Below, in pieces: positions 1-10,024 of a stretch of 64,000 bases of DNA. This stretch comes from Haliotis cracherodii (lineage: Eukaryota). A model generated the notes under the pieces. That model saw nothing but the letters and a program-made list of their open reading frames with translations, ran no database searches and had not been told where the DNA came from. How positions within the stretch are numbered: the stretch's first letter is position 1; every line of letters begins with the position of its first letter. A program made the position numbers and the translations under genes. The DNA lies in contig NW_027266286.1 of assembly GCF_022045235.1 (NCBI RefSeq), positions 28,830,001-28,894,000 of the forward strand. The letters are read 5' to 3'.

Positions 1-1642
1 TCCGCCAAAAAGCCAGCACGGGTAGATAACTCCGTCAAACCTGGAGACTACAAATATATCATGGAGACATCGGCGTCAGACGTGTCGTCATCTCCATCAC
101 GCAAAGGTCTTCATGAATCTGTTGGAGCATCTGCTTCACCCTCTAGGAGCTCTCACAGCAGTCCTCGTGAATCTGACAGTGGATCTGACAAACCTGATGA
201 CAGATGCAACACTTCACCAACGGCATCTCCATTGCCACATCCAAGGTCTCTAACAGGGTCCAGCCAATCTGTCTTGTCGTCTGAAATTCTAAGCAGCGTC
301 TCCTCTGACTCTGAGAAAGTATTCGACCCCTTCGCAAAGGACCACCTTCAGCCCAGACTTTCCCCCAGGGAGCCATCTGTGGACGTTCATTTCCCAGTCG
401 CTGAAACAGTGTCCGAGATATCCCTGGCAAACAGGAGCGATGAATCGTGGTTTACCGACTCCAGGGAGTCGAACAGTTTCCACCAGGACGCACTACACAT
501 ACGTAAGCTGATGCTGGACCAGGCGTGGGTCTCTGACAGACATCAGCCGATGTCGGACTGGGTGTCCTCTGTTATCGTGTGGGATGATGACGGTAAGTGA
601 TGCCATCAGTAGTTGGAACATCATCAGAGAGTGAGTGAGTGAGTGTCGTTTAATATCAGAAATAGGCATCACACATTTTACCAACATTACATGATGAGCT
701 GAAACTTATATATGAATTATGACAGGTATATTCACATAAAAGTATTTTCTCTAAGTAGCTTTGTTATTATTTTTTTCATCTATGAAGCAAATTTGTTGTG
801 AAGTGACAGATATATATATGTATAAGATTCTTGTTTCTGTCTCAAAAGTTGCAAGCAACTTGGGTGTGGACTCTCTCCTGACCAGACTGAAGAACCGGTT
901 TCAGGTGAGTCCAGTGATGTCCGTGCTCTTGTCACTCAGCGACTCTCATTGCTTCAAGACATACAAGGCATCTTAAGGAAAAACGAAACAATTCTACGGA
1001 TCTATTATAGTGAACGCTCCAGTGAAGAATTTCATTTTTGAGGGGTAAAACTTGAAATTTCTATGCCTTTTCGCAAGACTCTGGGGAAACGTTTTTAGAA
1101 TACTCCCAGAAGAACCAATGGTCGGCCCCAACTAAGTGATATTTTCCTTGTTGTTTTCGTCATGATGATATCCGCTGAAATATCAACCTACTTTTCTTAC
1201 CAGAGCACGTGGTGGCGCCTGACAAGGGGGAGGGAGACTCGGGTCCAGATCCTCAAGAAATCCAGCTCAGCATCCGGAGGCTGCACCAGCGGTGAGTACA
1301 GAAGTATTTGTCGTGTTTGGTTAATGGTTTCACAAAGCAAAGAACGCCCTACTATTCTCTTTTACCGGAGAAAATTAAAATAATGGAGACCTGTCACCTC
1401 AGTAACATGTTCTTGCTGCAGCTTATTGTAGATCTCTTCAACTTGGTCTTGGTGGTACAACTGACATAACAGAAGCGAAACACCGTTACTGTCTTTGGTT
1501 GTCCGAGGTCCTTTGTCTGAAGCATTGTTTCCTGTTTGCAGGTGGAGACGTGGACAAGACACAACGCAGAGAGAAGCTGGAGAAGCGAGTGCAGAGGTTC
1601 ATGTCCCGGTTCTTCATTTGTGGAGGACCATCACAGGCCTAG
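1..1642 (+). CDS. Array gene copy 1 (5'-truncated), uncharacterised Ser-rich protein
   Basis: Exons <1-592, 849-904, 1204-1291, 1542-1642, with GT-AG introns of phase 1,0,1. The join reads ...WDDD-VASNLGVDSLLTRLKNRFQ-STWWRLTRGRETRVQILKKSSSASGGCTS-GGDVDKTQRREKLEKRVQRFMSRFFICGGPSQA*. Confidence 0.7.
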
Positions 1643-2490
1643 ACACAGTCTGTGTTAGGCCCAGACACAGTGCCAGTGTCTCTATCATGCCCAAACACAG
1701 TGCCGGTGTCTATGTCAGGCCCAGACACAGTGCAGGTGTCTCTGTCAGGCCCAGACACAGTGCAGGTGTCTATGTCAGGCCCAGACACAGTGCCAGTGTC
1801 TCTGTCAGGCCCAGACACAATGCAGGTGTCTATGTCAGGCCCAGACACAGTGCCGGTGTCTATGTCAGGCCCAGACACAATGCCGGTGTCTATGTCAGGC
1901 CCAGACACAGCGCCAGTGTCTCTGTCAGGCCCAGACACAGTGCAGGTGTCTATGTCAGGTCCAGACACAGTGCCGGTGTCTCTGTCAGGCCCAGACACAG
2001 TGCCGGTGTCTCTGTCAGGCCCAGACACAGTGCCGGTGTCTCTGTCAGGCCCAGACACAGTGCAGGTGTCTATGTCAGACCCAGACACAGTGCCAGTGTC
2101 TCTGTCAGGCCCAGACACAGTGCCGGTGTCTCTGTCAGGCCCAGACACAATGCAGGTGTCTATGTCAGGCCCAGACACAGTGCCGGTGTCTATGTCAGGC
2201 CCAGACACAGCGCCGGTGTCTATGTCAAGTCCAGACACAGTGCCAGTGTCTCTGTCAGGCCCAGACACAGTGCAGGTGTCTATGTCAGGTCCAGACACAG
2301 TGCCGGTGTCTCTGTTAGGCCCAGACACAGTGCCGGTGTCTATGTCAGACCCAGACACAGTGCCAGTGTCTCTGTCAGGCCCAGACACAGTGCCGGTGTC
2401 TATGTCAGGTCCAGACACAGTGCCAGTGTCTATGTCAGACCTAGACACAGAGCAGGTGTCTATGTCAGGCCAAGGTATTGTGTAGGCGTC
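1643..2490. repeat. 30-bp minisatellite, unit 1 (~28 repeats)
   Basis: Consensus TATGTCAGGCCCAGACACAGTGCCGGTGTC, visible as a two-per-line register. Confidence 0.97.
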
Positions 2491-2494
2491 ACTG

Positions 2495-3635
2495 TTAAAT
2501 GGGCGTGCCTTATCGTGTAGCCATATCCTGTGTATATTAAATGGGCGTGCTTAATAATGTAGCTACATCAAATGGCTATTTAATGGTCGTGTTTTATCAT
2601 GTAGCTACACACTGTGTATATTAAATGGGCGTGCCTTATCGTGTAGCTACATCCTGTGTATATTAAATGGGCGTGCCTTATCGTGTAGCTACATCCTGTG
2701 TATATTAAATGGGCGTGCCTTATCGTGTAGCTACATCCTGTGTATATTAAATGGGCGTGCCTTATCGTGTAGCTACATCCTGTGTAAGTTAATGGTCGCG
2801 CCTTGACATGTAGCCACATCCTGTGTATATTAATGGTCGTGCCTTATCATGTAGCTGTCGCTTGTGTTTATGAAATGTTATCTTGCAGCTGCATCCTGTG
2901 CCTTTTAAATGGGCGTGCCACATCATGTAGCTACATCCTGTGTATATTAAATGGGCGCGCCACATCATGTACTTACACACTGTGTATATTAAATGGGCGT
3001 GCCTTATCGTGTAGCTACATCCTGTGTGTATTAGATGGGAGTGCCTTATCATGTAACTACATCCTGTGTGTATTTATAGTCGTGTCATATCATGTAGCTA
3101 CATCCTGTGTATGTTAAATGGGCGTGCCTTATCCTGTAACTACATCCTGTGTATATTAAATGGGCGTGCCTTATCGTGTAGCTACACACTGTGTATATTA
3201 ATGGTCGTGTCTTATCATGTAGCTACATCCTGTGTATATTAAATGGTCGTGCCTTATCATGTAGCTACATCAAATGGTCATTTAATGGTCGTGCCTTATC
3301 ATGTGGCTACATCCTGTGTATATTAATGGTCGTGCCTTATCATGTAGCTACATCCTGTGTATATTAATGGTCGTGCCTTATCATGTGGCTACATCCTGTG
3401 TATATTAATGGTCGTGCCTTATCATGTAGCTACATCCGGTGTCTATTAAACGGTCGTGTCATATCATGTGGCTACATCCTGTGTATATTAATGGTCGTGC
3501 CTTTTCATGTAGCTGTAGCTGGTGTTTATCAAATGTTATCTTGTAGCTACATCCGATGCATGTTATTTGGGCGTGTCTCCTCATGTACCTACATCTCATG
3601 TATAGTTAATGGACGTCCGTCTTCATGTAGCCTGT
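2495..3635. repeat. 41/42-bp minisatellite, unit 1
   Basis: Consensus ATCCTGTGTATATTAAATGG(G/T)CGTGCCTTATC(A/G)TGTAGCTAC, containing the palindrome ATGTAGCTACAT. Confidence 0.95.
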
Positions 3636-4366
3636 GTATCGTGAATAGGGTAATCTATTTACCTTGAGGTAGTGTGCCTGATCCTGTTAATATCATATTA
3701 TCTGCTGTATTCTTAATGTATTACACATACATTAATTTGTTTTCTAAATGTACCTGTCACGTGGTTGCAAATGGTAATGAAGGGTCTGTTAAAAAGAGTT
3801 ATACAAAAACTTGATAATAATCAAAAGCGGAAAAAAAATAATTCATGGCTTTAAAAAAAAATCAAAATGAGTTTAAATGCTTATGAATATAAAACTGGAA
3901 AATATGAAAATATAGATAAAAAGAGGAATACAAAAGCTTCAAAACATAAATATACTGAAACAAGGGGGAAAAACTAATGCGTGGATAAAAAAATCAAATT
4001 GAGTTCAAATGCTTATAAAAATATAACTAAAATATGTGAAATTATTCATAAAAAACGCATCTTATTTATGAATAAAAAGACCAACAATATAGAATATATT
4101 GAAATATACCCTGAACGTATAGTAAGCATTTGGTCACCTAGACTTACTTGTAATCGGTTGTACACCCTATATGCATAGCTTAGAGTGATTTGTCTATCTT
4201 AGTTGTGGGAGAGATGTAATCCCAACAAAGTTAGTTGTAAGAGAGTTGTGAACCCTATATTTATAATTTGTTGTGAGAGACAATAAAAGTGCTAATGTAC
4301 AGACAGTGTTATTGTCTTAATTCTGTGATATTATTACACTGCAAGATTCGTTGTCTGCAGTACCAG

Positions 4367-4473
4367 GGCCGACTTGCACAAAGCGATCTTAGAACTAAGA
4401 TTATCATAACTCCCATTCTTTAACAGGGACTTACAATAGTCGTAGCCCTAAGATCGCTTTGTGCAAGTGGGCT
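4367..4473. mobile_element. ~107-bp MITE, possibly PIF/Harbinger-type, present in every unit
   Basis: TIRs GGCC(C/G)ACTTGCACAAAGCGATCTTAG ... CTAAGATCGCTTTGTGCAAGTGGGCT, flanked by CAG on both sides (candidate 3-bp TSD). Other copies: 12597-12693, 20480-20586, 29210-29245 (truncated), 37245-37344, 43960-44059, 50933-51039. Confidence 0.7.
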
Positions 4474-4591
4474 CAGACGTGACTATGAAGCAGGTGACAT
4501 TATTGTACACATCCGATGAGGGAGTTACACGTGTTTATTTGTTTTATGTTTGACGCCGCACTCAGCAATATTCCAGCTATATTCCAGCTAT

Positions 4592-5200
4592 GGGCCTGTG
4601 GGGGACCTGTCTGAAGGAGGCTGCAGGCCGCGGCTACACGTCGACGTTTTTGGCTACAAGGGAGTTCTGTACGATTCGGGCTGTATGGGGCTGGCGTTGT
4701 CGTGCTGATAAAGAACACCGCGTGGTAGCTGTTTTAGGAATGTTTGGACAATCGGACGCAGAATGTCATCCATGTAACGCCGTGCTGTCAAAGTTCCGTT
4801 AACGATGGCCAGTGGTGTTCTTTCCTGCCAGCAAATTCCTCCCCACATTGCATCCCCTCCACCATACTCCACCCTCTGACGACTATGTTGCTCTGTCAAT
4901 AACTGTCCTCTATAAGGACTGTAAGCCCTATATCCTTCAGATCCGAGTCGCCTGGTCACTGTCTGTTGACTTACCATACGCCCAAAGGTATTCGTCGCTG
5001 ATGACGTCACTGTCAAGAATCGATTCCAGAGATGCAAAGTACGCAAATACCGGTCTTCATTGGGCGTAGTTACTCTGTTGCCTGTCTGGTGTCTGTCCGG
5101 TCCATCTGTTGCGTTGCATCAGGTTAGTTACAGCAACACAGGAGCACCCCCAAAAGTTCTAGCAACGTAGGCCTTTGTGGCTCCCATCTGTACCATACTC
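4592..5200 (-). mobile_element. Tc1/mariner transposase remnant (unit 1)
   Basis: Minus-strand translation gives Tc1 motifs: HTH region (NRFLTVT..GRMVSQQTVTRRL), GGGDAMWGGI..RTPL.IVNGTLTARRYMDDILRP, and VLYQHDNA. An internal deletion removes the first catalytic Asp block; frameshifts and stops are present. Confidence 0.9.
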
Positions 5201-5201
5201 A

Positions 5202-5440
5202 GGGGACCCGTGAAGATCCGGGGTAGATTAGGTCTTTAGCAACCCGTGTTTGCTGCATAAGGCGATTATGCTTGTCGTAAGTGGCGACTAACGGGATCGG
5301 GTGGTCAGACTCGCTGACTTGGTTGATGCATGTCATTGTGTCTAAATTGCGTGGATCAATCTCTGGATTGTTTGGTCCAGACTCGATTATTTACAGACCG
5401 CCACACATATAAAGTGTGCTGTTAAACAACAAACAACAAC
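5202..5440 (+). mobile_element. SINE-like dispersed repeat abutting the Tc1 remnant (units 1-6)
   Basis: GACCCGTGAAGATCCGGGGTAGA...GCGACTAACGGGATCGGGTGGTCAG...GTTAAACAACAAAC tail. Other copies: 13433-13700, 21326-21593, 29984-30251, 38084-38351, 44799-45022. Independent diverged fragments outside the array show it is dispersed. Confidence 0.8.
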
Positions 5441-6128
5441 GACATACTAAGAGCCCTTCTCGCGTTGTTTGGGTCTGTTTACTTGAGCGCATGAATTGAA
5501 TGGAAATTAATGGTTAATACTTGTGAGTGAGAGAGTTACAACGGCAATGTATCAGCCATATGGGGATGAGAACAAATAAAACACTGCGCAGTAAAGAAAC
5601 AGGGTAAATATCACAGATTTGATATAAAACAAACCAGATTGATTAAAGTTAAAAATTATATAGATAAATAGATGAAACAGTTATTTTCGACACATGTTCA
5701 CAATCTATGATACAGACCAATACATGGTCATTTTTTTCCAGTATCGTCAGTGTCAATGATCGGAGTTTATGTTATTCCTTTTACTCCGACCGAACTTCAT
5801 GCAAATATAACGAAGACACCAACTTTCTTATTTACAAGCTCCACACACCCCTTACACATCGTTCTCTTGTTCCTAATATACCGGGAGGAAACGAAGGTGG
5901 CACGCGCTGAACTGGAGTTTGCTTGTTTTAATGTCGAACGAAGGGAGATAACTCTAATGGAACACGTTTTTCAAACATTTAGTTAAACACCAACAGAAGA
6001 TGACAGGGGGTCATTGATATTATCAATCAAAGGAACGTTGATCATGAACATCCAACAGCCATAAAAAATAAATTAGTATCAACATTGAAAACACCTTATT
6101 GTCAATTTTCATCTCTCATATGTTACAA

Positions 6129-6278
6129 TGACGTCATAGTATCCTGACGTCACAGGTCAAAGTTCATCACTTCGTAGTATTGTTCTGCGAGACCACTGGC
6201 ACAAAGGCAGCTCTCGTGTTTTAAGAAGTTTAATCAGTATATTACACCCCGTAGAGATCGGACACCTTCCAGGTAAGT
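6129..6278 (+). promoter_or_regulatory. Candidate promoter of array gene: two CRE palindromes, a DR1 element, and a non-coding first-exon donor
   Basis: TGACGTCA at 6129-6136 and 6145-6152; AGGTCA-A-AGTTCA at 6154-6166; CAG|GTAAGT at 6272/6273. Repeated at ~14451 (second CRE is TGACGTCT), 22345, 31002, 39102 and 45773. Confidence 0.5.
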
Positions 6279-7321
6279 ACCAGAGTATACTACTTTCTTT
6301 TCTAGACTTCCAGCGGTTGTATGTAATAGCTCCATATTGTTTCCCCAAAACACGACCGTGTCTGATGTGGCGTTGCGGTAAGAAAATGTTTGATGTGTAT
6401 TAGGATCAACGGTTTTATCAATTTCTGAGGCCACATCAGCTGAGAACCGATTAATCTGTTCTATCTTTAACATTTTGTCCTCGTGTTCCAACTGATTAAA
6501 TGGTTAATTTGCTTTAAACAGATCTTTTAAAAAGCTCTGTAAGCGCGATAGTTGGTTTTAACCCCACTTTTAAAAGGAGTCCAGTTATTTCACTGTGTGT
6601 CAGCTTACTGTGGGAGGAAAGGCCGGAGTGATGCAGTTCTCAGACGTTTACCACTTTGGGGAAACACACGAGCACGGGCATGATGCCGAAAAACCTAGAA
6701 ACATAATCGGGTCGAACCGGGATTCGAATCCACGATCATATACTATACTCCAATACCATAACACAGACTTACACATGCGCGGGTCCGGATATCTATTTGT
6801 AAGGTTTCTTCCGATGGTGGCAGTAAAAAAACTTTAAGATGGTAGAATGCCAGTGATAAGATAGTGTTTATTAAAGAAACTTATTTTTTATGACACTGTA
6901 CCTATTTTTCTAGCAAAGCAGGTACATTCGTAATTATAGTTACCTGTACATCAGAAAATGCGAAGACATATACACTCTGTAACAAATTAATATGCTCACG
7001 TATAGTTTTCGCACTTGATATGCATTGAACGTATGCATATACATGGTACTTGATATTGTGTAATCTTTTTTTCCGATTTTGCAACATGTAATTAACTTTT
7101 TTCGATTCTGATTTTCTTGGGCCAGGACTACACTATTTACTCACTGACGTAAACTTTGTTATGCAGATGACTTTTTATAAATCTATGGCCTGACTAAAAT
7201 CTATTAAAATATATTTTACGTAATACAGATTTAATTGCTTGATCAAACCGAGCCGAAAACTGAAGTTTTTTTTATTTCAAATACTATTTGTGAAAACAGT
7301 GTGACATCCTGGGATCCAACA

Positions 7322-8300
7322 ATGTCCTCTGTCGAACTTGCTGAAAGACAGAAGGGCGAAGATGCAGTAATTAATTCCGAGGACTACCGTTACATCATGT
7401 CAACATCGGCGTTTGACTTAAGTTCCTCTCCATCGTCATCCAAGACTAGTCCTCGGAGACCTGAAGCTTCCGCCAAAAAGCCAATACGGGTAGATAACTC
7501 CACCAAACATGGAGACTACAAATATATCATGGAGACATCGGCGTTAGACGTGTCGTCATCTCCATCACGCAAAGGTCTTCGTGAATCTGTTGGAGCATCT
7601 GCTTCACCCTCTAGGCGCTCTCACAGCAGTCCTCGTGAATCTGAAAGTCGATCTGATAAACCTGATGACAGGTGCTACACTTCACCAACGGCATCTCCAT
7701 TGCCACAACCAAGGTCTCTTACAGGGTCCAGCCAATCTGTCTTGTCGTCTGAAATTCTAAGCAGCGTCTCCTCTGACTCGGAGAAAGTATTCGACCCCTT
7801 CGCAAAGGACCACCTTCAGCCCAGACATTCCCCCAGGGAGCCATCTGTCGACGTTCATTTCCCAGTCGCTGAAACAGTGTCCGAGATATCCCTGGCAAAC
7901 AGGAGCGACGAATCGTGGTTTACTGACTCCAGGGAGTCGAACAGTTTCCACCAGGACGCACTACACATACGTAAGCTGATGCTGGACCAGGCGTGGGTCT
8001 CTGACAGACAGCAGCCGATGTCGGACTGGGTGTCCTCCGTTATCGTGTGGGATGATGACGGTAAGATATGCCATCAGTAGTTGGAACACCATCAGAGTAG
8101 TATAAAAAAAGAGTGAGTGAGTGAGTGAGTGAGTGAGTGTCGTTTTTAACAATATTCCTGCTACTTCACATCGTACCAACATAACATGATGAGCTGAAAC
8201 ATATATGAATTATGACAGGTGTATTTACATAAAAGTATTTTCTCTAAGTATTTTTGCTAAAAAAAATTCTATGAAGCAAATTTGCTGATAACGAAGTGAC

Positions 8301-8336
<36 letters not shown>

Positions 8337-9160
8337 TTCTTGTTTCTGTCTCAAAAGTTGCAAGCAACTTGGGTGTGGACTCTCTCCTGACCAGACTGAA
8401 GAACAGATTTCAGGTGAGTCCAGTGATATCCGTGCTCTTATCACTCAGCGACTCTCATTGCTTCAAGACATACAAGACTTCTTAAGGAAAAACGAAACAA
8501 TTCTAGGGATCCATTATAGTGAACGCTCAAGTGAAGAATTTCATTTTTGAGGGGTAAAACCCGAAACTTAATTATTTTTTTTGCCTTTTTCCAAGACTGG
8601 GGAAACGGTTTTTAGAATACTCCCAGAAGAACCAATGGTCGGCCCCAACTAAATGATATTTTCCTTGTTGTTTTCGTCATGATGATATCCGCTGAAATAT
8701 CAACCTACTTTTCTTACCAGAGCACGTGGTGGCGCCTGACAAGGGGGAGGGAGACTCGGGTCCAGATCCTCAAGAAATCCAGCACAGCCTCCGGAGGCGG
8801 CACCAGCGGTGAGTACAGGAGTATTTGTCGTGTTTGGTTAATGGTTTCACAAAGCAAAGAACGCCCTACTATTCTCTTTTACCGGAGAGAAATTAAAATA
8901 ATGGAGACCTGTCACCTCAGTAACATGTTCTTGCTGCAGCTTTTTGTAGATCTCTTCAACTTGGTCTGGATGGTAAAATTGACATAACAGAAGCGAAACA
9001 CTGTTACTGTCTTTGGTTGTCCGAGGTCCTTTGTCTGAAGCATTGTTTCCTGTTTGCAGGTGGAGACGAGGACAAGACACAACGCAGAGAGAAGCTGCAG
9101 AAGCGAGTGCAGAGGTTCATGTCCCGGTTCTTCATTTGTGGAGGACCATCACAGGCCTAG
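7322..9160 (+). CDS. Array gene copy 2, 327-aa uncharacterised Ser-rich protein
   Basis: ATG 7322 (ACAATGT) follows acceptor AACAG|7300. Exons 7322-8060, 8358-8413, 8721-8808, 9060-9160 total 984 nt with no internal stop. Synonymous differences among copies (TCT/TCG, GTG/GTC, GCA/GCG, CGG/AGA/AGG) support the frame. Confidence 0.75.
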
Positions 9161-10020
9161 ACACAGTCTGTGTTAGGCCAAGACACAGTGCCGGTGTCTA
9201 TGTTAGGCCCAGGCACAGTGCAGGTGACTATGTCAGGCCAAGACACAGTGCCGGTGTCTATGTTAGGCCCAGGCACAGTGCCGGTGTCTATGTCAGGCCA
9301 AGACACAGTGTCGGTGTCTATGTTAGGCCCAGACACAGTGCCAGTGTCTCTGTCAGGCCCAGACACAGAACAGGTATCTATGTCAGGCTCAGACACAGTG
9401 CAGGTGACTATGTCAGGCCCAGACACAGTGCAGGTGTCTATGTCAGGTCCAGACACAATGCAGGTGTCTATGTCAGGTCCAGACACAGAGCAGGTATCTA
9501 TGTCAGGCCCAGACACAGTGCAGGTGTCTATGCTAGACACAGTGCAGGTGTCTATGCCAGACACAGTGCCAGTGTCTCTGTCAGGCCCAGACACAGAGCA
9601 GGTATCTATGTCAGGCCCAGACACAGTGCAGGTGTCTATGTCAGGCCCAGACACAGTGCAGGTGTCTATGTCAGGTCCAGACACAATGCCGGTATCTATG
9701 TCAGGCCCAGACACAGTGCAGGTGTCTATGCCAGACACAGTGCAGGTGTCTATGTCAGGTCCAGACACAATGCCGGTGTCTATGTCAGGTCCAGACACAA
9801 TGCCGGTGTCTATGTCAGGTCCAGACATAGTGCCGGTGTCTCTGTCAGGCCCAGACACAGTGCCGGTGTCTCTATCAGGCCAAGACACAGTGCAGGTGTC
9901 TCTGTCAGGCCCAGACACAGTGCCGGTGTCTCTGTCAGACCCAGACACAGTGCCGGTGTCTCTGTCAGGCCAAGACACAGTGCAGGTGTCTATGTCAGGC
10001 CAAGGTATTGTGCAGGCGTC
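9161..10020. repeat. 30-bp minisatellite, unit 2 (~29 repeats, three shortened to 24 bp)
   Basis: Same consensus; 6-nt deletions near 9530, 9555 and 9730. Confidence 0.95.
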
Positions 10021-10024
10021 ACTG

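Noticed and set aside
810-848. TGACAG acceptor upstream of the (AT)n tract acting as a microsatellite frame switch
   Set aside because: It is absent in copies 3 and 5 and runs into TGA/TAA in copies 2 and 4. It also has no pyrimidine tract.
1639-2448. Minus-strand ORFs (SGPDIDTGTV)n and the stand-alone plus-strand VNTR ORFs
   Set aside because: They are expected from a stop-free 30-mer and have no independent start or splice context. They are considered only as possible extensions of the spliced gene.
1651-2460. RAG RSS heptamer CACAGTG (and Transib-like CACAATG) every 30 bp, i.e. 23 nt apart; CACTGTG in some 42-bp units
   Set aside because: There is no ACAAAAACC-like nonamer at 12 or 23 nt and no RAG/Transib ORF or gene segments. 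The spacing simply follows from the repeat period.
1651-2460. Iron-responsive-element-like C-AGACA-CAGTGC loop
   Set aside because: The complementary TGTCT starts 3 nt too late, so the canonical 5-bp upper stem with a 6-nt loop cannot form.
1643-3635. CRISPR-like appearance of the 30-bp and 42-bp repeats
   Set aside because: Monomers are contiguous with no unique spacers, there are no cas genes, and the context is eukaryotic.
2580-3667. Cys/His-rich ORFs (SCSYILCILNGRAL)n and (IYTGCSYMIRHAHL)n resembling zinc fingers or metallothionein
   Set aside because: They are translations of the 42-bp satellite, repeatedly broken by 41-bp units, and lack C2H2 spacing.
4654-5046. Functional or domesticated Tc1 transposase
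   Set aside because: The first catalytic block is deleted, there are frameshifts and stops, frames differ between copies, and no TIRs were identified.
6700-6735. tRNA gene suggested by a B-box-like GGATTCGAA(T/C)C
   Set aside because: No cloverleaf or A box is discernible and the motif is deleted before copy 6. It is at most a SINE-head remnant.
7235-7321. N-terminal extension MLDQTEPK.. in the ORF track and the GKICHQ C-terminal ends
   Set aside because: The extension starts at TTG in intron-like sequence upstream of the acceptor at 7299 and is frameshifted in copy 6. The tails are read-through into intron 1.
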